DNA of 64,000 bases from an uncultured Gemmatimonadaceae bacterium (GTDB taxonomy: Bacteria > Gemmatimonadota > Gemmatimonadetes > Gemmatimonadales > Gemmatimonadaceae): positions 1,248,001 to 1,312,000 of the forward strand of contig CAVUDW010000003.1 in assembly GCA_963740355.1 (NCBI GenBank). Direction: 5' to 3'. The translations under genes were made by a program, and so were the position numbers. The notes beneath the pieces are model-generated. The model was not told the origin of the DNA. It was given only the letters and a program-made list of their open reading frames with translations, and did no database searches. Of this stretch, positions 38,724-47,059 are shown one piece after another; within the stretch, counting starts at the first letter, position 1; each line of letters opens with the position of its first letter.

Positions 38724-38802
38724 CAGCTCCTGAATCGTCGCAGGGCGACAGGTCCTGCGGGGGAGACTGACAAGATAACGGCCCTCGGCCGTTCTGGCGG
38801 GC

Positions 38803-39576
38803 TCAACTGCCCTGTTTGACCAACAGACGTTGGCCAATCTTGATCGTCGTCGACGAGAGGTGATTCAGCTCGGCCAGGCGCGACTCGGTCGTCCCGTAGC
38901 GCGTCGCGATCGAGCCCAGCGCATCACCGGCGGCCACCACATGCCAGACCGCCTTCTCCGCCACTCCTCGTTCATACTCGCGTGTGCGGGTGGAGAGTTC
39001 CACCGTCGCGGCCTCGGAACGGAGCCCACGTGTCACGTCAGCGAGGACGCTGTCGACGCCGGCGCGATCGTTCGAGGCGAACGCCATCCGATCACGCTCA
39101 TTCGCGATCTCGACGCCAGCGGCCGTACCGAGGTCCACACGCAGGCGCTGCGCGTGCAGGGTGGCGTCACGCGCCAGCTGCTGGATCACGAACTGCTGCG
39201 GGCCGCGTTCCGGCGTGATCAGCTCTCGTGGCGGAATTCCGACGAACAGCACGCGCCGGTCGGTGAGCGCGAGAATGCCGTAGGTCTCCCGGAAGCCATC
39301 CCACCATTCGCGACGCCGCGCCCATGCGGCGGCCTGCACACGCTCCGTCGGCTCGAGCAAGACCAGCAATTCACTGCGGGCCAGCGTGCGTGCGCCAGTG
39401 ACGTCGGGCCGCAGCGTGATCAGGTACGCAATCACGCCCGCAATCACCAGCAGCAGTCCGAGTCCGCCACCGGTGATCTTGACCAGCGTGCGCAGCCACC
39501 AGCGGCGCGCACTGACCGGCCCCGTGACGAGGCCGAGCAGCGTGGTCGCAGTGGTGACGGGCGCGCGTTGTGCCAT
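38803..39576 (-). CDS. Membrane-anchored protein with PH-like region and C-terminal LysM domain
   Basis: TM helix; GILALTDRRVLF; C-terminal HVVAAGDALGSIATRYG...LNHL...IKIGQRL. Confidence 0.8.
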   Translation of the reverse strand: MAQRAPVTTATTLLGLVTGPVSARRWWLRTLVKITGGGLGLLLVIAGVIAYLITLRPDVTGARTLARSELLVLLEPTERVQAAAWARRREWWDGFRETYGILALTDRRVLFVGIPPRELITPERGPQQFVIQQLARDATLHAQRLRVDLGTAAGVEIANERDRMAFASNDRAGVDSVLADVTRGLRSEAATVELSTRTREYERGVAEKAVWHVVAAGDALGSIATRYGTTESRLAELNHLSSTTIKIGQRLLVKQGS

Positions 39577-39629
39577 GACAAGCGAGTGTCGGGGGGAAAT
39601 CCGTTGTAACGCATTACAGTTTAGCGACC

Positions 39630-41060
39630 ATGTCCCCGCAAATCTCCCCACCAACGCCCGCTCACGCGTCATCCACGCGCGCGCCGGTGCTGGTCAGACC
39701 ATCCATCACTGACCTGCGTGCGCTGATTCAGCTGGCGCTGCCGGTGATGGCGGTCGAGATGGGCATGATGGCCATGCACGTGGTGGACACACTGTTCGTG
39801 GGACACCTCTCGGCGACGGCCCTGGCCGCGGTGTCATTGGCGCTCAGCTACTACTTCACGATCATCGTGATCGGCATGGGCACACTGGTGGGCTTCGACG
39901 CACTGGTGAGCCAGGCGGTCGGTGCCGGTGATCAGGCGGGTGTCCGGCGCGCGCTGCAGCGCGGCCTGGTGGTCGCGGCGGCGCTCTGCGTGCCACTGGC
40001 GCTGATTCTCTGGCCGACCGAGCCGGTGCTCCGTGCACTGCACCAGCGGCCCGAGATCATCCCCATCGCGACGCGAATCGTGCATCTCTCGATTCTCGGA
40101 TTGCCAGGGGCGCTCACCTTCGTGGTATTGCGACAGACGTTGCAGGCGATGGAGCGATTGCGCCCGATCTTGGTGACGGTCGTGGTGGCAAACCTGATCA
40201 ACGTCGCCTGCAACTGGTTGCTGATCGGTGGTCACCTCGGTGCCCCTGCCCTCGGCGTGAACGGTTCGGCGATTGCAAGTGTGATTGGCCGCACGTCGTT
40301 GCCGCTGATCCTGCTCTGGTCGGCGCGCGATGTGCTGTGGCCATTGCTGCGCGAGCGCGATGCGTTGCTGTTTCAGTTGCAGCCGTTGCTGCGCATGTTG
40401 CGCATTGGACTGCCGGTTGGAGTGCAGTATCTGCTCGAAGTCGGAGTGTTCAGCGCCGTCGCCCTGTTGATGGGCGCGCAGGCCACGAACACACTGGCCG
40501 CCCATCAGGTGGCCATCAACCTCGCGAGCTTCACCTTCATGATGCCGCTCGGCATTGGCGCGGCGGCATCGGTGCTGGTCGGCCAGGCCATCGGGCGTGG
40601 CGATGCGACCGGTGCGCGCCGCGCCGCCATCGCGGCGCTCAGTGTCGGGATGGTCGCATCGACCCTCACGACGATCATCTTCCTCGCCGTGCCGCATCTG
40701 TTGGCGAGCTTGTATGTGGTCGAGGCCGGCGTGGTGGCATTGGCCGCGTCTCTCATTCCGTTGGCCGGTGTCTTTCAACTGTTCGATGGGTTGCAGGCGG
40801 TGGCCGGCGGCGCGTTGCGCGGCGCGGCCGACACGCGGGCGGCGATGATTGCGAACATCCTTGGTTTCTGGGCCTTCGGATTGCCGCTCGGCCTGTATCT
40901 CGCGTTCCGCGCCGGGATGGGTCCGGTGGGATTGTGGTGGGGACTGGTGGCGGGGCTCGCGGCAGTTGCTGCGGTCTTGCTGTTCCGGTTGTCGTGGCGG
41001 TTCGGCGGCCCGCTGGTTCGCGTACAGGTCGACACCAATCCTGCAGCCGTCAGCTCCTGA
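39630..41060 (+). CDS. MATE family efflux transporter (NorM-like)
   Basis: LALPV, VDTLFVGHL, IGLPVG, AAHQVA, FQLFDGLQAV, GLWWGL. Confidence 0.95.
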   Translation: MSPQISPPTPAHASSTRAPVLVRPSITDLRALIQLALPVMAVEMGMMAMHVVDTLFVGHLSATALAAVSLALSYYFTIIVIGMGTLVGFDALVSQAVGAGDQAGVRRALQRGLVVAAALCVPLALILWPTEPVLRALHQRPEIIPIATRIVHLSILGLPGALTFVVLRQTLQAMERLRPILVTVVVANLINVACNWLLIGGHLGAPALGVNGSAIASVIGRTSLPLILLWSARDVLWPLLRERDALLFQLQPLLRMLRIGLPVGVQYLLEVGVFSAVALLMGAQATNTLAAHQVAINLASFTFMMPLGIGAAASVLVGQAIGRGDATGARRAAIAALSVGMVASTLTTIIFLAVPHLLASLYVVEAGVVALAASLIPLAGVFQLFDGLQAVAGGALRGAADTRAAMIANILGFWAFGLPLGLYLAFRAGMGPVGLWWGLVAGLAAVAAVLLFRLSWRFGGPLVRVQVDTNPAAVSS

Positions 41061-41063
41061 CTC

Positions 41064-41963
41064 ATGGCCCAGCTGAACTTTCATCACCTGCATCTCTTTC
41101 GCACCGTGGCACGGGCCGGTACGCTGGCGCGCGCGGCGATCGAACTGCAACTCACCGAGCCCACACTCAGCACACAGATCAAGGCGCTCGAGCAACACTT
41201 TGGGCAGCCGCTCTTCACGCGCACATCGCGCCGCTTGCAACTCACCGATGCTGGCCAGACGGCGCTGCGCTACGCCGATGACATCTTTTCACTCAGCGAT
41301 GAGTTGTCGCAGGCGATGGCCGGCGAACCTGGTGACCGCCCGCGCCGGTTTCTCGTCGGCATCGCCGACGTCGTGCCGAAGATGATCGCGTATCGACTGA
41401 TCGAGCCGGCGCTGCGCATCCCTGAAGGCATCATGCTGCAGTGCACGGATGACATTCCCGAACGCCTGGTGGCGGCGCTCAGCGTCCATGCGCTGGACCT
41501 GCTGATCACCGATGCGCCGGTCACGCCTGCAGCCAACGTGCGCGCCTTCAACCACCTGCTTGGCGAAAGCGGCACCACGATCTTCGGCACACCGGAACTC
41601 GCCGCACGCTACCGTCCCGACTTCCCCGCGTCATTGCACGGCGCGCCATTCCTGCTGCCGCTGCACGCCTCCACCATTCGCCGCGCCCTCGACACCTGGT
41701 TTCAGCAGCAGGATGTGCGGCCGCTGGTGACGGGTGAATACGCGGACAGCGCGCTGATGAAAGTATTCGGGCAGAATGGGCACGGCCTCTTCGCGGCACC
41801 GACCGTGCTGGAGGACGAAGTGCAGGCGCAACACTTCGTCGAGATCGTCGGTCGACTGGATGGCGTGCGGCAGCAGTTCTACGCCATCTCAGCCGAGCGG
41901 AGGATGGAGCATCCGGCCGTCACCGCCATCACGCGCGCAGCACGTACGCGGTTGTTCGGATAA
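41064..41963 (+). CDS. nhaR: LysR-type transcriptional activator, NhaR-like
   Basis: LNFHHLHLF, VGIADVVPKMIAYRLIEP, FNHLLGES, DSALMKVFGQ, YAISAERR. Confidence 0.88.
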   Translation: MAQLNFHHLHLFRTVARAGTLARAAIELQLTEPTLSTQIKALEQHFGQPLFTRTSRRLQLTDAGQTALRYADDIFSLSDELSQAMAGEPGDRPRRFLVGIADVVPKMIAYRLIEPALRIPEGIMLQCTDDIPERLVAALSVHALDLLITDAPVTPAANVRAFNHLLGESGTTIFGTPELAARYRPDFPASLHGAPFLLPLHASTIRRALDTWFQQQDVRPLVTGEYADSALMKVFGQNGHGLFAAPTVLEDEVQAQHFVEIVGRLDGVRQQFYAISAERRMEHPAVTAITRAARTRLFG

Positions 41964-41988
41964 CCGATCGAGCGCCGACCACTGCCTG

Positions 41989-43470
41989 TTACGACGCGAT
42001 GGCCGTGACGGTGCGGTGACGCGCGCGATCTGACGATGCGCCCGGCGCCCACGGTTCGACGGCAACACAGCGCAGCGAGGGACCGAGGGCACGGACCAAG
42101 GCGTGTGCCGCAGCGTCGCCTAGTTCAGGCTCCCCAAGGCGACTGCGCACGCGCACTTCAAAGCTCGACTGTCCGCGACTGACAGTGCCTTCGACACTGC
42201 GCACCGAGGCCACTTCGAGGCCGGCGGGCATCAGCGCCAGCGCCACGGCATCACGCACCGTCGCGGCGGGCAGCGAGGTCTCGATGCGGAGCCGCAACCC
42301 GGCAACCACCGGCAGATCACGCTCCACGCGACGACGCTCCGGCAACTGTGCGGGCATCGGCATGCGACCCCAGTTGTTGCGCAGCCCATCGAGGAATGCA
42401 TCGAGCGGAACGTCGAAAAACGAGCCGAGTTCGTCGCGCATGCGCGCGAGCGCTGCTGTCGTGGTGACCAGCGACTGCATCATCTCGCGCGACAACTCCG
42501 TGCGACCGCTGCGATGCAACATGCTGGCACACACCAGCAGCACGGCCACCGGATCCACCGTGCCATCCTTTGGCGCGGGCATGTCATAAAACGACGCATC
42601 TCGACCGAGGCTCAGCACCGGCCACGGTCCCGTGTCACCGATCGCCTCCAACACCGTCGCGGCGAGCTCCTCGATCGGCATCGCCGATGCCACCAGCCAG
42701 CGCTCGGAGCCCCCTTCGCCGGTGAGCAGCGCCGACAACAACCCTGCCTTCACCACCCGCGGCGGCGCGACACGCTGCTGCCTCGCCTCGCGGTCGAGCG
42801 CATCACAAAACAGTCGCTGCGCTTCGCTCCCACGACCCACGGGCAGCACCAGCATCACCTTGCGTCGCTCGGAAACGGCGAACCGATACACGAGTTCTGC
42901 CGCCTCTCGGGCCCGCGCCCAGAGATCGGCGGCATCGACGTGCGGCTCGACGTTGCGGCGCGTGATCGTGCGCTCCACGACACGCTGCGAAAAGAGCAGC
43001 ACATCACGCTCGGTGCCCGCCAGTGCCGCCGCGCTGCCAGGTAGCGTCAGGCACTGCTGCACATCGGCGAGAACATCGGCGCGACGCTGCAACCCGCGCC
43101 AGAGTCGCGACACGGGCGCCAGCGGATCGGTGCCGCGCGTTGCCGCCACGACCACTCGCTGCTGGGCCATCAACGAGACCGCTTCACGAGGCACACCGAT
43201 TCGGCCAACCGTGCCGCCACGAGCCAGCGAGAGGGGCATCGATTGGCAGGCGATCGGTGCACCGATGCTGAGGCTGAACTGCTCCACGCCATGGATCACG
43301 GCGGCCAGAGCTGGATCGTCGATGAGGGTGGCGACGGTAAGGCCAGCCGGCGATATATCACGGATGGACGCCGAGTCAGCCGACGGACGCTGTTCCTGCG
43401 CCAGCCCACGACCGGTCATGGGGCGCTCACCGAACGTGGTGGCGGTGCTGGAGAGACGGAGTGAGGTCAT
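41989..43470 (-). CDS. Degenerate isocitrate/isopropylmalate dehydrogenase-like protein
   Basis: Colinear remnants of the IDH fold (DVLADVQQCLTLPG, FAVSERRKV, VDPVAVLLVCASML) and a C-terminal domain like long bacterial IDHs; catalytic motifs absent. Confidence 0.55.
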   Translation of the reverse strand: MTSLRLSSTATTFGERPMTGRGLAQEQRPSADSASIRDISPAGLTVATLIDDPALAAVIHGVEQFSLSIGAPIACQSMPLSLARGGTVGRIGVPREAVSLMAQQRVVVAATRGTDPLAPVSRLWRGLQRRADVLADVQQCLTLPGSAAALAGTERDVLLFSQRVVERTITRRNVEPHVDAADLWARAREAAELVYRFAVSERRKVMLVLPVGRGSEAQRLFCDALDREARQQRVAPPRVVKAGLLSALLTGEGGSERWLVASAMPIEELAATVLEAIGDTGPWPVLSLGRDASFYDMPAPKDGTVDPVAVLLVCASMLHRSGRTELSREMMQSLVTTTAALARMRDELGSFFDVPLDAFLDGLRNNWGRMPMPAQLPERRRVERDLPVVAGLRLRIETSLPAATVRDAVALALMPAGLEVASVRSVEGTVSRGQSSFEVRVRSRLGEPELGDAAAHALVRALGPSLRCVAVEPWAPGASSDRARHRTVTAIAS

Positions 43471-43579
43471 GGCTCGCGGGATCGCACGGGACTGAACGCC
43501 GAATCGCGGCGATCGGCAGCCATTCAGCAGCCGACTCAGTGAGCCTATCCCATCCCGCAGGCATGCACAATTTCAATGC

Positions 43580-43607
43580 TTCGAGAACTTTCTTTGATTT
43601 TCTCGAA
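43580..43607. promoter_or_regulatory. Inverted repeat, putative regulator binding site
   Basis: TTCGAGAA-N12-TTCTCGAA in an AT-rich patch upstream of the gene at 43470. Confidence 0.45.
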
Positions 43608-43660
43608 TGATTTGTGACAGATCTGGTCCGATCAGCGGCCCGATGCTGGCGCCGGTGCGC

Positions 43661-44749
43661 TCAGAAGTGGTACCCGGTTCCGCCTGAGTCTGGTGCAAGC
43701 ACCTTTTCGACGAGCGGCGCCACCGCTTCGAAACTGGCCTGCAGGCGCCCCTCCTCGAACCAGCGCACGAGATTCACCGGTTCCTGACGAATGACCGCCA
43801 GGTCCAGCCGTTCGGCCACGTACACGCATTCCGCGTGCAGATTTGGCTCCAAGGGATCACTGCGCCGATGGTGTGCTGACACTACGCCGACAGCGGCCTT
43901 TCCAAGTCCCCAGCGCAGTGCCGCAGCGCCGCCCAGGACTTCGTGCAGCTCGCTCAAGAGGCGGGGCATCACCTGCGCGTTCAGCTTCACCTCGCGTCGC
44001 AGTTCGGCGCGCAGTGTACCGAGTCGATCGAACAGGACCAGCTTCCCGACGTCGTGCAGCAGCGCCAGCGTGAACGCCTCGTCGGGCACGATGCCAAAGG
44101 CCGGCGCGAGGGAGCGCGCGATCGGCGCCGTGCGAACCATGTGCTCCCACACCTGACGCACCATGCCGTCGTAGGCCGTGCCCGTCCGGCACAGCGTGCC
44201 CTCGACCATGCTGCTCAGGATCACGCTCCGGAGCCCCTGCGTGCCGACCCTGCGAATGCTTTCGGCCAGCGAGGTGCTGCGGGCGCCGGTGCTGTTGGCG
44301 GCCGAGTTGGCAAACCGAAGCAGCGACTGCGCCAGAACCGGGTCCTGCTCGACGAGGCGAACGAGGTCGGAGATCGCGACGTCGCGCCGCAGCAGGTCGA
44401 GGGCGCGCTGGGCGGCGGCCGGCGGCTGCCGTACCGTCTTCTCGCCGCTCTTCGAAATCCGCTCGAAGAACGCCGGCGCATCGCCACGACGCTCCATGGG
44501 GTCGAGGCTGGCTTCGAGGCGCTCCAGCGAGGTCCGCAGCGAACGGCGAATGTCAGATCCGGCCTCGACCTCGTCATGGATCGACGGCTCGGTGAGGATC
44601 GGGCCCACGGCTGGGGCTGGCACAGCTGACGACCGTTGCGGCGTCGGCGCGTCCGAAACTGCCGCGCGGCTTGCCACGGCGTCGGGACGGGCAGCGGCGG
44701 ACGCGACGGGTGTCTTGTTCGTCAGACGGGACAGGACCTTCGGCAGCAT
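43661..44749 (-). CDS. HDOD domain protein
   Basis: DPVLAQSLLRFANSA, LLHDVGKL, HEVLG, WGL, HH; start at ATG 44749. Confidence 0.9.
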   Translation of the reverse strand: MLPKVLSRLTNKTPVASAAARPDAVASRAAVSDAPTPQRSSAVPAPAVGPILTEPSIHDEVEAGSDIRRSLRTSLERLEASLDPMERRGDAPAFFERISKSGEKTVRQPPAAAQRALDLLRRDVAISDLVRLVEQDPVLAQSLLRFANSAANSTGARSTSLAESIRRVGTQGLRSVILSSMVEGTLCRTGTAYDGMVRQVWEHMVRTAPIARSLAPAFGIVPDEAFTLALLHDVGKLVLFDRLGTLRAELRREVKLNAQVMPRLLSELHEVLGGAAALRWGLGKAAVGVVSAHHRRSDPLEPNLHAECVYVAERLDLAVIRQEPVNLVRWFEEGRLQASFEAVAPLVEKVLAPDSGGTGYHF

Positions 44750-44869
44750 GCGCGGATGTCGACGGAGAATCTTCGAGGAGCAGAGATGAGTCGCATCCCG
44801 GCTATATCTCAATGCGAGTATCGGACGCTGCCGGATGCAGGATGAGCGCGCCGCACTAGCTTTGCCCCC

Positions 44870-46756
44870 ATGAATTCCGGGACTGCCCTCGCGAACGCCA
44901 CGCTGCTCAGTGCGGTGCTCGACGCGCTCGTCGGGCCTGGCATGCTGCTCGACCGTGCCGGAACCGTGCTGGCCGCCAACCGCGCCGCTGCCACTCGCGT
45001 GACCGTTGGCCAGCCCGCCGCCGACGCCCTGCCGCTGCTGGCCCCGCTCGGCAGTGACGATCTCGGCACCGTCGTGGCTGGCATCAGCGCGGTGTTGCAA
45101 GGCACACAACGATCGTTCACACTCGAGTTCCTCGCCGACGGCACCCCCTCGCAGCGCTGGACGGCGCGGGTCACGGCCATGCCTGTCGAGAGCGAGTTCG
45201 GCGCCGTGGTCAACATTGGCGCGACGTCGAGCGCTGACGCCGACGGGGCCGCCGCGCGTGGGCAGGACGCGAGCTTCCAGTCGATTTTCGCGGCCTCGCT
45301 CGACGCGATGGTGATTGCGGATGCGCGGGGGCATGTCGTCTCCAGCAATCCGGCGGCACGGCGGCTGCTCGGCCGTAACGAGGCGGGCATGGCCGCGATG
45401 GACTTCGGCCAGTTCTTCAGCATCGGCTCACGCACGACATCGCCGGCCGAGGCGTGGCAGCATCTGCTGCTCGACGGCCAGTGGCGCGGTGAAGGGCGCC
45501 TCTTGGTGGGTGATTCCGTGCGCGTGCTGGACGTGGCGGCCTCGGCACACATCACGCCGGGCCGGCATCTGGTCACGATTCGCGACGTCACCGAATCACA
45601 GCAGATGGAAGCGCAGCTGCGGCAAGCGCAGAAGATGGAGGCGATCGGCCTGCTGACCGGTGGCATGGCGCACGACTTCAACAACCTGCTCACCGTCGTG
45701 CTGGCGAATGCAGACCTGGTGCTCGAGTCGCTGCCGGACGGCATGGACGAGCTGCGCGACGAAGTAGGCCAGATGATCCAGGCGGCGACACGCGGCAGCG
45801 AGATGGTCAAGAAGCTGCTCGCCTTCAGTCGCCGCGAGACCCTCGAGCGCCGTCCTGTGTCGCTGGAAGTGGTCCTCGCGGAAACACAGGCGCTGCTCGC
45901 ACGGCTGCTGCCGTCGAACATCACCGTGCGGACCGATGCGGCGCCGGAACTCCCCGGCATTCTCGCCGATCCGGGTGCGGTGCAGCACATGCTGATCAAC
46001 CTCGCCACCAACGCGCGCGACGCGATGCCCACCGGTGGTGTGCTCACCATGCGCGGCGGCTTCGAGGTGGCGATGGAGCGCCACGATGGCAGCATCGGCC
46101 CGATGGTGACGGTGATCGTGGAAGACACCGGCCGCGGCATGGATGAAGAGGTCCTGGCCCATCTGTTCGAGCCGTTCTTCACCACCAAGGCCCCGGGCGA
46201 AGGCACGGGGCTTGGCATGGCGATGATCTACGGACTCGTCCAGCAGCACGATGGCACGATCGACGTGCAGAGCACTCCCGGACTCGGCACCCGTGTCACG
46301 ATCGGCCTCCCGTTGGCCGAAGTCACGGTGCCGAACGCCACGCCGCGGTCGGCGATGCTGATTCGCGAGGGCGCGACCGAGACGATCCTGCTGGTCGAGG
46401 ACGAGGAGATGGTGCGTCGCGCCGGGCGTCGCATTCTCGAAAAGCATGGCTACCGCGTGTTGCAAGCCGCCGATGGTGCCGAAGCGCTGATGGTGCTGCG
46501 CGAACGCGGCGCTGAAATCGCGCTGGTGGTGAGCGACGTCGTCATGCCCCGCATGGGCGGCCGCGAGCTCTACGCCTCCCTGCGCGAGGAAGGGTTCACG
46601 ATGCCATTCCTCTTCACCAGCGGCTACACCGATCGCATGTCGAGCGACACCGTGGCGCTCGACCCGAGCGTGCCGGTGCTCCCGAAGCCATGGACGTGGA
46701 CCGAGCTGACCGCCAGCGTGCGCGCCGCCCTTGACGAAGGCTTCACGCCGCCCTGA
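44870..46756 (+). CDS. PAS-domain hybrid histidine kinase/response regulator (CckA-like)
   Basis: [39 protein letters not shown], receiver VEDE...DVVMP...KP. Confidence 0.93.
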   Translation: MNSGTALANATLLSAVLDALVGPGMLLDRAGTVLAANRAAATRVTVGQPAADALPLLAPLGSDDLGTVVAGISAVLQGTQRSFTLEFLADGTPSQRWTARVTAMPVESEFGAVVNIGATSSADADGAAARGQDASFQSIFAASLDAMVIADARGHVVSSNPAARRLLGRNEAGMAAMDFGQFFSIGSRTTSPAEAWQHLLLDGQWRGEGRLLVGDSVRVLDVAASAHITPGRHLVTIRDVTESQQMEAQLRQAQKMEAIGLLTGGMAHDFNNLLTVVLANADLVLESLPDGMDELRDEVGQMIQAATRGSEMVKKLLAFSRRETLERRPVSLEVVLAETQALLARLLPSNITVRTDAAPELPGILADPGAVQHMLINLATNARDAMPTGGVLTMRGGFEVAMERHDGSIGPMVTVIVEDTGRGMDEEVLAHLFEPFFTTKAPGEGTGLGMAMIYGLVQQHDGTIDVQSTPGLGTRVTIGLPLAEVTVPNATPRSAMLIREGATETILLVEDEEMVRRAGRRILEKHGYRVLQAADGAEALMVLRERGAEIALVVSDVVMPRMGGRELYASLREEGFTMPFLFTSGYTDRMSSDTVALDPSVPVLPKPWTWTELTASVRAALDEGFTPP

Positions 46757-46777
46757 CCCGCACACCGGTGGCACCCG

Positions 46778-46981
46778 AAATCCGGTGACAAGAAATCCGG
46801 TGACAGTGCACACATTGGAAAATCCGTGCCCCGCGCGGGAAATCCGGTGACAGTCGGGGGAAATCCGGTGACAGTGCACTCATTGAATCAATGAGTGCAC
46901 TGTCACCGGATTTTGTCCAATGCGTGCACTGTCACCGGATTTCCCACTCATTGAATCAATGAGTGCACTGTCACCGGATTT
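46778..46981. repeat. Cluster of REP-like inverted repeats (AAATCCGGTGACAGTGCAC units), including a 53-bp near-perfect palindrome
   Basis: Four forward copies (46778, 46793, 46840, 46861) and three reverse copies (ending 46913, 46942, 46981); 26-bp arms at 46861-46913. Confidence 0.85.
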
Positions 46982-47000
46982 CGGATGTAGGGGAGTAACA

Positions 47001-47034
47001 AAAGCGGCGCGATCCGGGTGGATCGCGCCGCTTT
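47001..47034. terminator. Bidirectional rho-independent terminator
   Basis: AAAGCGGCGCGATCC-gggt-GGATCGCGCCGCTTT with A/T tracts on both sides, between convergent genes. Confidence 0.85.
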
Positions 47035-47059
47035 GTCTTTCATCGCCCATCAGCCGGAA

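Noticed and set aside
38724..38802. yybP-ykoY (Mn2+) riboswitch before terC
   Set aside because: The 79-bp leader lacks the recognisable GGGGAGUA, CGUCA and GAGACC elements; a covariance-model search would settle it.
46778..46981. Possible CRISPR array
   Set aside because: Units occur in both orientations at irregular spacing, there are no unique constant-length spacers, and no cas genes are present.
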